Below the pieces are notes generated by a model. It searched no databases. It was not told the DNA's origin and worked only from the letters and a program-made list of their open reading frames with translations. This document shows positions 1 to 11,524 of a DNA stretch of 64,000 nt, piece after piece. Each line of letters opens with the position of its first letter. The stretch's first letter is position 1. The DNA comes from Epithemia pelagica (taxonomy: Eukaryota > Protista > Bacillariophyta). Location of the stretch: the NCBI GenBank assembly GCA_946965045.2, contig OX337229.1, positions 3,658,001 through 3,722,000 on the forward strand. The letters are read 5' to 3'. A program made the position numbers and the translations under genes.

Positions 1-151
1 TTTTTCTCGTCTTTCCACCGCAAGCAGCAATCTTTCGATCGACGATCAGTCACCACTTAGGCTTGGCACCATACATTCCACCATCCAAGGGGTTTCTAGC
101 CCAGCATTAATTGAGAACAACCGTATCGTGACAAAGGGACAATTCCCGTCA

Positions 152-3100
152 ATGGCGCCAACCGACACGAAAGGCGAAGATCATAGCAGCCCTGGCAAGA
201 CCGATACAACACTCCTCAAAACTATGAATCCGAGTGAAAGTAAAATACATGGGACAGCAGATACTCCCTTGAGCCGAAACACCGCGACCTCCGATGACAT
301 GAGAATTCTTGATCTTGACATGACGTCTACAGACGACACTGAGTCGTTTGTATCAACAGAATATAAGAGACAATCAAATGTAGGAAAGTCTCCAGCAGGT
401 GTTCCCAACGAGCTGAAAGACCCGGTCTCCGATCCAATCATCAATACCACTGAACCATCTCAATCAGAGTCCAACCGAGATGCCATGCAAGACGACTACT
501 TCATGGGTAAGAGAACTTCCATTCAAGCAGGTGAAGGAAAACATGGTTCTGGACTCACGGAAATAACCCACGAAAGGCCGAGAGCAAATGAAAATGATAC
601 TCTCGATCCAGACGTTTTCAATCTAAATGAAACGATGAATGAATCATCAGACGTCAGCTCTTTTGACCTACGCTCACCGGAGTCGGCCTTTGTTGCTCGG
701 GCAACCCGAGAAAAGAAGGAATCAGACTCACTTGAAAGAGCCCTTGGTACCAAATCCGCTCCAACGTCGTCGAAAGCAACATTACCCATCACAGAGGAAC
801 AAATTCAAGAAGCCGGTCATCTTGAAGACAACATTAAAACACATATTGAAGATCTTGGGCCCCACACCAATCCAACGGCCCAAGAAGAAAACACCGACGA
901 CAAGGCTTTGAAAACAAAGAGAAAGCCAGAAAGCATGAATGAAAAAAAATTAAGCGCTACTGTCGACATCTCCAATGCCGATGACACTGTGAATGAGAGT
1001 GACCTGGACTTGTGGGCAACATCTCCCGCAGATGCGACAACTCATTCAGCAAAAGAAAACAATGACAGGGCCACTTCGCCGTCACGAAAAAGTGAAACGA
1101 AAAAGTCATCTGCAGAACGTGCTGAGTTGAATTCCGAATCATTTCATTTAGCTTCTGAAGAACCAACTTTGTCGGGATCGCCAGGATCAAGAGAATCGTT
1201 TCTGTCCGAAAGATCAGGTACGCGCACAACGGCGACGAGTGGCACAAAACTGACTCCAACGAAACTTAATGGGACACCTCGGCGTATCCCCAACCCTTCC
1301 GTAGATTCCCCAGCACGAAATACTCGAAGCCGTGTGGCCTTGAGGAAACAATTCGAAGATGATAAAGCCCAAAGTGATGACAAGGAAGAGAAGCAAGTCG
1401 TGGCGAATATAGAAGAAAGATCACCTGCACCAGCAGGTAGACTCAACTCTGATCGCGAGCAGGACGATGTTATCAAAGACGCAACAACTTCATTTTCTAG
1501 CATTCTCATGAATTCTTCGTTTCGTAAGGCTTCAAGTGTTCGGAAAGAAGGCGGTCCACGCAAATCTGTTGCGTTTGGTTCGCCGGAAATCCTCAAGTTC
1601 AACATATCTAGTCCACCCATGAGTGCCACTCCAATGCCAGGTAAATCTCGCCGAAAAACGTTGATGCCAGATGATACGGTCGAAATTGAGAGAGATATGA
1701 AGTCACTCCTTGAGAGCATTGATGACCCGAGCGCAGCTCCTCCCAACGTTCGCGGTTCTGGATTAGTTAGGGGCACGGAATTTTCACAGGGTGCACGACA
1801 ACAATCATTCATGGCAAATGCATCAGTCGAAATTGAGAGCGATGTGAATTCATCCCTCGATAATGCTGATGAAGAAGACACGGAAAGACACCTGGATACA
1901 AAACATCGCACGGCGTCAGACAAAATCTCAGCGGTCGACGAATCTGAAGAGGTGGAGAGTGATATGGACTTGTCAACGGAATCGCAAACCGAGACATCGT
2001 TCAAAGGAAATGAAGATCAAACAGTGGGGCTGGAAGACAACATGGCCATTCTCCTTGCACAAACACAATCGCCAATCGTTGCAGACACTGGAGACCCCTT
2101 TTCATCGAAACGAAAACTTGAAATGAATGATAATGATGAAAACACCATAGAACTCGAGCATGATATCAATGAACTTTTGGAGGCCGTCGAAGATCCATCC
2201 AATGGAGCTTCATCCACAGAAAGGGGTAAAAAACGGAGGAAGTCGATGGCTTCTTCGAGGAGATTCAGCCTCCTACCACATCCTAAACCTGACCATGACG
2301 AGAGCAAATTTGACGACCACGCTGAAGAATCCAATCACAAGGATAAGGAAGAGAATGAACAACCAAGAGTCGACTCTCCGGAACCCCTGAATCAGAAGCA
2401 CGAGGATATGAAATTATCATTGTCTCCTGATGAAATTGTGGAAATTTTGAAAGTTGAAAGGGTCTATATCTCACTGAAAGATCTTATAGAAAAAATTGGC
2501 GAATGTTTCGGGAACTGTGGAAACAGTCGATCGATTGACGGGATGACAGTTTTCGTTGAAGAAGTATGTGACCATATGGAAAGGGGTTTATTGCCTTCGA
2601 TATCGCCTGAGTTTTTCACTGATTCTGATCCGCAAAACAGAGATAGTTTATTACGCTTACAGAGCTTCGTACGTTCCAATGATCGCGATGAGATTGAGAG
2701 AACTTTCGGTCGGATCACTTCTGCCCTTGGAAAATCTGAACATATGGGATGGTCGAGCTGGCTGGTGCATGGATCACAACAGCTTCTAGACCACGCATCA
2801 ACAGTAGTCAAGTCGATGCTTGCCGAAAAGCAGAGTATTAAACAAAACATGGGATTGATCGAGCGTTCTGAAAGAATCTTGTACAGCTGCGAAAGAAAAA
2901 ATGTGCGCCAAGCTCGGCGTCGAAGTCTACAGAGACGAAAGGTGAGTTGGTCCTAAATCACTTCATATCATCAGAAGTTGCCACACTTCTCTCTCATGAT
3001 CTTAATGTTTCAGGTCAACACGGACGCACTAAAGGATGAGATCCAGGAGATCGAGGAAATGATCAAACGAGCTTATCTTCAGCTTGAAGTCGAAAAATCT

Positions 3101-3898
3101 CGGTTGAAGGCTCATAATCATAGGAAGGATCAGCTTCAGCTACGATCTGATCTGCAACAGCAGTGTGAGAACCTCGAAAAGGAAGCATTGAAAGCCGAAA
3201 AGACATGGACAATGATGAGGCGTATGTCTGTATGGGAGCTTGCTGGTGTCAACGAGGAAGAAACAGTTCTTTCATACGTGGGTTCTTGCTCCGAGTCGTG
3301 TGCAACTGTGAGATTCCAGCTTGATCGATCTGGAATACTGGTATCGACGGCAACCAATAATCCGACTCTGTTCAAGTACAAGGGCCGTCAGGTCCCACTT
3401 CCCTCCTCAATTCACCATTTTTGGTCATTTCACAACGAAGCATTGTGCTCCGCTATTTCCGTAGCAGGGCGAGAAACACCCGCAACCCAGAAAAAGGTTC
3501 TTCGCTCGAATGCCTGGACACGGTGCCGACTTGAAGCTATATGCTCTGAGTTAGGAGTACTACATCGCCGATACAACGCATCAATAAAGGCTATTACAAA
3601 AGAGAGCAAAGTCACCAATTTTAGTGTCCACGTCAAGTTCTCTCGTGCTGGATCAAACGTTGCACTTCATGCCTCTTTCGAACTGAACAAATCTTATCCC
3701 CATGGAAGTTTGAATACCCAAATAGAACAATTGCAGGAGAGGGACAATTCAAAGGACAGCATAAACTTGGAGAGGCTGAAAGAAGTACTTGCGAAAAATG
3801 CAAAGCCCGGTTTTTTTTACTTGTCCAGAACTTTCGCAGTTTTGAGTGCTTACTACCATCAGGCAGTTGTAATCGGGGCGTATGATTCACAATCATAA
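152..3898 (+). CDS. KNL1/Spc105/Spc7-like kinetochore scaffold (2 exons: 152-2941, 3014-3898)
   Basis: GT-AG intron 2942-3013 joins the 942-aa and 306-aa ORFs in frame (K|V). The long acidic disordered region carries a SILK-like SSILM followed by the RVxF-like RKSVAF, and three T(V/I)xLExD(M/I)xxLL repeats. A Spc7-like 'KSEHMGWSSW' segment, a coiled coil and a compact RWD-like C-terminal domain follow. First in-frame ATG is 152; the ORF track starts at GTG 128. Confidence 0.55.
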
Positions 3899-4005
3899 CT
3901 TGTCGAATCTGCTTTTGTCTCATTAATCTAGTGAGAATTCTAGAGCACAATCATAACTTGTCGAATCTGCTTTTGTCTCATTAATCTAGTGAGAATTCTA
4001 GAGCA
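3888..4005 (+). repeat. Exact 58-bp tandem duplication spanning the stop codon of the KNL1-like gene
   Basis: CACAATCATAACTTGTCGAATCTGCTTTTGTCTCATTAATCTAGTGAGAATTCTAGAG at 3888-3945 is repeated at 3946-4003. Confidence 0.95.
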
Positions 4006-4077
4006 TCATATATATACCGCTATCAGATCAATGTCACCGCTTTCCTCCTATGCATACTTGTGATCGGATTCCTTATC

Positions 4078-7077
4078 CTATGTTGCTACGTAGCACTCAA
4101 TGATATCCCCAGCTGCGAAATCTTCGAACTCCATCAGGCCAATACCACAATCATTTCCGGCTTCAATCGAATCGGTTTCAGCCTTAAAATTTCGCAGAGT
4201 CTTGACCTTAGTCTCTGTAAGTATTTTGTCACCTCTCATGACACGTACATTAGATCCTTTCTTGATAATGCCATCCTGGCATCGGCTTCCTGCAATGTTT
4301 CCTGTACCACCGATGTTAAATACTTCTTGGACAACTGCCGACCCGACATACTCTCCTTCTGGAGTGGGCGAAAGCACCTCTTGCATCCGAGATTCGATCG
4401 TTTCGATCGCATCGTAAACTATGCTGTGGTATTCAATATTAATCCCGGCCACTCGCGCGTCTTCCATTGCAGCAAACGATGCAGCTACATTGAAAGCTAT
4501 CACGGTCGTGTCGGGTGTGACAGATGCAATTGCAATATCACTTTTGCTCACTTCTCCAGCTTCACTAACCAGGACTTTCACAGACACGACCGCTTCTTCA
4601 TTTTCAAGCTTAAGCTCTCTCAACGACCGTGTGAGAGCTTCGGCTGATCCCTGAACATCAGCTTTGACCAAGACACACATTTCTCGGCGCTCCTTGTTGG
4701 ATCCAAATGTTCTTGCGACTGAGCTCATGAGGTCTGCCTGATACATGGATGATTCTCGCTCGCGCGCGATACGCTGTCGACTTTCCGCGAGTTCTCTGGC
4801 AAGTTGTTCAGTTTCGCAGAAAGTTAAAGGATCACCGGCATTGGGTATTCCCTCAAATCCAACAATTCGAACAGGCATACTCGGTGTGGCTTCGTCAAGA
4901 CGGGTCTTCCCATCAGCAGTTGAGATGAGGGCTCGAACTTTGCCGTAAGTTTCCCCGGCAACAAAAATGTCACCAACGCGGATCGTTCCCTTCTTAATTA
5001 GAGTAGTGGCCACAGTTCCAAGGCCACGTTCAAGATTTGCTTCCACCACAATACCCTCGGCGCTCCTATCAGGGTTTGCACGCAAATCTTGCAATTCAGC
5101 CTGCATCATGATTTTGTCCATCAAATCGTCAAGATTGTTACCTGTTTTCGCGCTCACTTGTGATGAGAGAACGTCACCTCCGAATTCCTCGGTAAGAAGG
5201 TCATAGCCAGTAAGCTCTGTCATCACCTTGACTGGGTCGGCTGTGTCAAGATCACATTTGTTAATCGCAATAACTATCGGTACTCCCGCCTGACGAGCAC
5301 AGTTGATGGAATCGACAGTTTGCTGCTTCACGCCGTCATCGGCGGCTACCACAAGGATGACAATATCTGTAATGTTTGCACCGCGTTCACGCATATCCGT
5401 GAATGCAGCATGTCCTGGGGTGTCGATAAAAGTGATCGGGCTTCCATTGTGTTTCACCTGGTACGCAGCAATGTGTTGTGTAATACCGCCCGCTTCCCCA
5501 GCAGTCACATCCGTATTGCGGATTGCATCCAGCAAAGAGGTTTTACCGTGATCAACGTGGCCCATGATCGTCACGACGGGAGCTCGTGGCTTGAGCGAAT
5601 CTGGATCTTCCTCCTCTTCGACAAAACCCGTCGACAATGCACTTTCTTCAGTCAGTAGCTCCATCCTTAAAAAAGTAAGGTGAGAAAGCAGCGGACTTAA
5701 GACATTGCGCCACGTATTGAAGACTTACATTTCTTCATCGTATTCTTCGTCACCTCCAAGAACCTTTCCAAACCCTTCCACAACGGCAATACATGTAGCA
5801 GGATCAAGATTCTGTGTCATGGATGCCATCACACCAAGATCAGTCATGAGAAACTTAATAACAGCGACTGGCTTTTCATCAATGATATTTGCAAGGTCTG
5901 ACACAGATATGGGCCCCCTGGTAAGAAACATCGAATTGTAAGTGGGTCTGTTAAAGGGCACGTCAAGCCAAATACTGCAACCATGTGGCTTACTCGGGAA
6001 GGACAACGGTTTTGCGCTCAATGGCTGCCTCGACTTTTGCTTCTTTCTCCGCCGTACGATCGCGCCTACGAAGACTTCCTCGTCGTTGATTGAGCTCCGC
6101 TCCACGTCCACCTTTACTGCCGCTTCCGACACGCAGTGATGTTCGACGATTGTTTCGGTTCGGGTCGGCATCGCCACGTCCGCGAGGTCTCCGGGATCCG
6201 CGACTGTCGTCGTTATCCGACATGGTGCGTTTCGTAGGCTTGGCTGTACGCTTTCGTCCCAAGTCCTTTTGTGGCCCGGGGCCGTCTCCGACATTAGCAG
6301 CATCACCTGCAGACAACAAAAACCAACCATTGAGCAATACAACAAAAGTAGCAACCAACATAGGTTAAAGGACAATAAGTTGTGATGCAGCTCCCCTGTC
6401 TTCAAAAACAATGAAACACAGAATTTATTCGATAGAAAAACGAACCAACTGTCCGTACCTGGTGCTGACCACGTTTTGGACCCTGCGGTTGACCCACTGT
6501 CCCCAGAAGTGGAGATGGATGCAACGGCTCGACCAGATTGTGAATTGGATGTTTGCTGATTTCCATGTTGTCTAGATCCTCGATTCGCAAGCCTTTCTTG
6601 GTCGTCCAGTCGTTCTTCTTCGGTTTGAGCCACTTGACTGACAATCCGTTGTACCTTCATTGGGTTGACAAGGTTCAAAACAGGAGACCCGCCCCCTCTG
6701 TTGCTACCGTCGCGGTCGTTGTTAAAGCTCGGACGGCGATTAAAGTTGTTGTTGTTCGGTCGGTTCCCTTGTCGTCGGTTCCCATCCGTACGGACACCGG
6801 TGTCGACTGGGGCACGGCTGGCCGATAGCCATGGAAAACGAGGGAGGCTGGTTATGCAAAGGAAACAACGGAATTATGACGTGAGTACCAATACCATGGT
6901 GATTCTCCAACAGATGGAAATGATCAGGACCATTTACCTGTCACGCGGATAGGAGAACGAGCGCAGAGCACCACCGGTTGTTGAGGCCAATGGTCGAATA
7001 TCAAAGGCATTTGCCAAGCACAGAAGAAGCGAGAAGGTCGTTGCCAGTACTGCAACTTCTGGAAGTAAGTTTTTCAT
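4078..7077 (-). CDS. infB: Translation initiation factor IF-2, plastid-targeted (exons 7077-6938, 6817-6459, 6306-5994, 5917-5729, 5665-4078)
   Basis: GTPase motifs [13 protein letters not shown] and NKCD, IF2 C-terminal domains, and an IF2_N-like 'GPISVSDLA...'. Four GT-AG introns keep the frame. The N-terminus [30 protein letters not shown] is a signal peptide with F at +1, like the diatom ASAFAP presequence. Confidence 0.92.
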
Positions 7078-7224
7078 GACAGAACAACTCCGCTTCAGAA
7101 TTCAGGACTGGTTGCTTTCTTGAGGGCCAATGGAGCAACAGATCTGATTTCGTGTTACTCGGGAATCGACAGGAGAGATACCGATTGACGATACAGCGAC
7201 GGAATTCTGTGAAAAGATAAAGCG

Positions 7225-8015
7225 ATGTACGCAGCTCTTTCGGTCTCGGTGCTTGGTGTTTCTTGGCTGTGGATGAAAGCAAAGATGATGCGTACCGCCC
7301 ATCGTGTCGTCGAGTCAGTCACTCATCAAGGAACACGTACGACCAATTGCATAGAAGATGGGACATCAACAACAATGTTCCATGTTCTTCCACGTGTAAT
7401 AGTCGTGCGAGGCGGGAATGAGCTGCCTACTGCGCCCATGCTACCAACACTACACACAAGGAGAGGGGTAGGGAATACACAGAAAGTAGGAGTACTGTTA
7501 CTCAACATTTGGAGCAAAAAACCATATGGATGCAAAAACATGCAATCATTTGTTCCGACAAATGAATGCATTGCACTCTGCACTCAAATGACGTGTAACA
7601 GTACCTTACTCCTACTCCATAGGAATAGTCCTTCTCTTAACTCCTAGGAGTGGGAGTACGTCCTTTTGTTGAAGCAACCCAAAGACTACTACGAGAGTAT
7701 AGAGATAAAGTGCTGTGCTAAAGGCAACAATACAGGTGAGAAACTTCTTTCTATTCTCTTCAAACACTTGTTTTGTTGCTATTTCCACATGTCGCGGCCT
7801 CTTCACCTCCGTCCAGCGTCCAGCCTTGCGAATCCTTTTGCGTCTCTTTTTTCAGTGACTCTTGGGGTCCCGATCGCCTATTCGAGCTGCCTACCTAGAG
7901 AGAGGTAATCCTTGATTCAACACTCCTACTCCTATTTATTGATAACCTTGACTCTTGACTCCCTATGGATTGGGCGTACATGCTATGGAACGTCAGAAAT
8001 AATAAATACTCTTAA
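7225..8015 (+). CDS. Possible small spliced gene of unknown function (exons 7225-7485, 7648-7735, 7856-7904, 7997-8015)
   Basis: Three canonical GT-AG introns give one continuous frame of about 138 aa with a hydrophobic N-terminus. No family recognised. Confidence 0.3.
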
Positions 8016-8081
8016 TAAAGAAAGGGATGCGAGGGCGAAACCAAAATACAACAAGATCGGAATATGCGAATGAGGCTCTTA

Positions 8082-9212
8082 CTATGTGAGTGGATTGGTC
8101 GAGGCGGCAAGATTGATTTGCGCACGGCTGAGCTTGGTGCGAAGGTAGAAAACGTATCCAGCCAGCAGGACACTCAGTGTTATGAACACACCGATAGCGA
8201 CCGCCGCAGCTTTAGATTTTCGGACACTGCTTGTTCGGATGACACCATCTTCCCGAACGATTTTGATGCCTTCAATGTAATCACATGACGATTCATTGGG
8301 GTAATCAATGTTCATGCGAGTTTCGCACTTGCCTGAATACTGGTACACGGTGGCGCATGATTCACTGGTCTCGCTATTGCCATCGTTGTCTTCATATCCA
8401 CACTTCAAACAACGCACAGGGATCAGTGAATCTTCCGAATAAGGGAGTGTGTATCCCATCATAGTGGAAAACATGGAATCTCCGTTTTGAGCCCGAGTCG
8501 TACACGTATCATCGGTGAACAATCCCAAATGAATTTCTCCTCCCTGTGCGGCGCAAAAGGGTCCAATGTAATATTGTACTTGATCGTTCAAGCTACGATC
8601 ATGACGGTTTTGGTTGTTCAGGTTCACTTGTTGGCATTCCAGGTACTGGTCTACATTGAAGCCATATGCTTCCGCCAAGTCTTCTTCAAGGCAAAACGCA
8701 GCATCATTGGCGTCGTAGCATTCGTAAAGGCAATCTTGGTCGTCACTGTCCGCGCAATAATTTTGGCAATCTTCATCCATATTGTTACAGACTTGATCCT
8801 TTTGGTCAGCCATACTTTCCAAGTAGGAAGCCACAAATGTGTTCATGTCGACAATGTAGTCGCCAAATTTGGAAGAGCACCCGCTACTGCGTTCGTTATT
8901 GCACGAGTCAATGGGACAAAGACGGAAGCGTACCAGACGCTTGGTCATGATACGAACCTGATCTTCATCGTTGTCACCACCCCCACCGCCGCCGTCCTGG
9001 TCCATGTTGCTGTTCCATTGTTGAACATGATGGCAACCTTGAAACTTGATGGAGTATTGTCCAATGAATGCATAGTCAGTATTGTCATTCAATTGACGTG
9101 ACTGAGACAATAAAGCGCGGCCTGCCTTTGACGTGGTCGTCAACGCATCGGCGCTTGCAACAGAGGGAGCCAGACCCAATAGGATGGGAACAAAATGTGC
9201 GACAACCTTCAT
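8082..9212 (-). CDS. Silicanin-family (Sin1-like) type I membrane protein
   Basis: Signal peptide, RxL motif (SRQL), Cys-, N/D/Q-rich luminal domain with SIKFQGCH, RLVRFRLCP and YYIGPFCA, one C-terminal TM helix and a short cytosolic tail (YLRTKLSRAQINL). Confidence 0.7.
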   Translation of the reverse strand: MKVVAHFVPILLGLAPSVASADALTTTSKAGRALLSQSRQLNDNTDYAFIGQYSIKFQGCHHVQQWNSNMDQDGGGGGGDNDEDQVRIMTKRLVRFRLCPIDSCNNERSSGCSSKFGDYIVDMNTFVASYLESMADQKDQVCNNMDEDCQNYCADSDDQDCLYECYDANDAAFCLEEDLAEAYGFNVDQYLECQQVNLNNQNRHDRSLNDQVQYYIGPFCAAQGGEIHLGLFTDDTCTTRAQNGDSMFSTMMGYTLPYSEDSLIPVRCLKCGYEDNDGNSETSESCATVYQYSGKCETRMNIDYPNESSCDYIEGIKIVREDGVIRTSSVRKSKAAAVAIGVFITLSVLLAGYVFYLRTKLSRAQINLAASTNPLT

Positions 9213-9857
9213 GTTCGTTGTTGGAAATGGAATGCAGCTATCAAAAACGAAAGGACAGGAAAGGTAATCTTATTCCGTTGCTCGTTCACTCACTTTTTCT
9301 AGCTTCGTAGTCCCTTGGTGGATTCAAGGAGAAGATGAAGAAGAACAGAGACGAGATCCATGCTACAAGCATCCTACGGGGAAGATCGCCAAAGTCGACA
9401 TTCTACCTTGCAAGTCAAGGCACGTGTCATTGGGCCATCACGATCACGGCAGGCCTTTAAGAATTTGTATCTGCTTATTTGGCGCGCCGGCTTGACGTTG
9501 ATCGGTTGGTGGGATTCTGCTACTTAAAGGAAAAGCCGAGTATGATACATTTATTGATATAATATCGTCCGATCTACCTAAATAAGAGCTCAAGCCAGGC
9601 GAAGAACCTACGGCGTGCTATGGGGCACAAAATACTCACTCGTATGATAGCTTTTGGGTCGCGTAACAAAACGAGATTTCCGCGGTTGTTGTTGCTGTTG
9701 AGCCGTGGTAAATGGACGTTGAACGATCGCTCGCTCTCCAAAACTCTCGTCGACTCATCGGCGCTCCACTCATTGCTGTTATTCTTGCACAAACATATCA
9801 ATCTACGTAACAAGGAGTCCATAACACAAAGCTGCCAGTAGTCTGAAAAAAGTCTAA

Positions 9858-10855
9858 ATGGGATCGTCTTCTACTGCTTCACCATGGGTTAGTTCGCGGC
9901 GAGGATTTTTGGCATTTATATGGTTTGTCGTGAATGTGCTGAGTCTGATAGCATTCGCAGTGGCGCTCATGTTCGGGTTATCGAGCAAAGACGTCAATGC
10001 GGATGAATATTACCAAAATTATTACGGAGGAAATAGCGGAGACAGACAAGACAATGATATGGACCCGGAGTTGGCGGTGACAAGTAGAGCCATTGCCGTT
10101 GCTGCCATGTGGACCGCTGTGTTGACCGTCTTGCTCAGCATTTTGGGGACAGTTATATTGGGATGGCAATCACCAACTGGGCAATATTATACGTGTTGCT
10201 CGAGTCAAGTACATCGAACAACTCCAATCACCTTAGGTGGATTCATTGGCGCACTCCTAATGTTTGCCAACCTCGCACTTGTGTGTTCCGCCCTCTTTGC
10301 CGAATTCGAAGTACGTCCTTCTTGCTCGCCGAGATTTCATCTACGTGCATGGGTTATGTATCGATAGATGAGGGCAGAATTATGGATTCAATCTCACCCC
10401 AGTGTTAACCGCGTTTCCCTTCGTCTTCTGTTCTCCAGGTTCGGGATTTCAGAGAAGGTGAACATGATCGACAAAAAGATGAAGGAGGAGATAACCAAGC
10501 ACAATATGCGTATTTTGCGGTACGACAGACATCAACAGCGTTCTCAGCATTGTGCCTATTTCTCGCTGCTCTTTATGGGTCCTTTGCATGTTTGGTATTT
10601 TCCTCCAGCAGCCGACTCTTGGATGAATTGGCGGCGGACGAAATGGAGGACCTTTCCGAAAGCAGGATAATATCAGGGCTGGGCCCCGGCGTGAGTTCTC
10701 CAAGATTATCGTCCAAAGCCCCAGCTCCCCATTTTGTTCGTCCCCATCATGACGTTTACCATCATCAACATACACATTCGACATCCTCAATGGCTGGGTA
10801 TGTGAGCCCTGCTACAGGAGGGGCTCCTACTTCCTCGCAGGGGACAATGGCTTGA
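9858..10855 (+). CDS. Four-transmembrane protein of unknown function (exons 9858-10310, 10439-10855)
   Basis: A phase-0 GT-AG intron joins two ORFs. Four hydrophobic helices, Y/D/Q-rich loops and an S/P/H-rich tail. Confidence 0.75.
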
Positions 10856-11524
10856 AGCTGAAACAACAACATCAAAGAAGTCGTGGTTGCTACTGTCCAT
10901 GAACACTATATCTTCCGATAGGCGCGAGGTCATGAAGGCTTTACGCTTGTCTCTTCTCTCCCTGTTATTTATTACTGTAAAATTACACCATTATTTTCGA
11001 GGTTGTTGTCACGCCATACGTGGGAATCGCGAGTCGACAAAGTCGTGACACTTCCTTACCATTGCATCTCTAGAGTGGCGTGTCGCGATTTCATCTTTCA
11101 AAATTTGACTACTCGGCAATGGACGGAAGAGGAAGGCAAACGAGCTATCTTCGAAGAGAAAATGTTGAAGAGGATCTAACGACAGAATGGCTACTGTTGG
11201 CGAACATGTGAACATCTTTGATTCATTCTTTGATGACCCATGCATTTCGGTCAAACTATTCTGCTCCCTTTCTCTTAGACAAGGGAGGGGAGCAATATGC
11301 CCTATCCCAATGGTCGTTCTTAGGAGTAGGCGAGAGGAGCACGGAAAGTTCTAGAGCGAAAATGTGAGCTGTGAATGGCAAAAGTAGCCCGCAGGTACCT
11401 AGCACTCATAGTCTATCATGTCGAGAGCAAATGAATGCAGAAAAATTTTTCAATCACACCACAAAATCTGTCTCTTCTCAACATTCTTTGTATAGAGTTC
11501 TAGCTGCAGTGTATACACTCTGTC

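Noticed and set aside
1144-2004. 286-aa antisense ORF, representative of the many shadow ORFs in the track
   Set aside because: It lies wholly opposite a long real CDS with mirror-image S/L composition and no independent motifs.
4078-7077. Bacterial contamination or recent HGT suggested by the bacterial-type IF2
   Set aside because: It has four spliceosomal introns and a bipartite plastid presequence, so it is an ordinary nucleus-encoded plastid gene.
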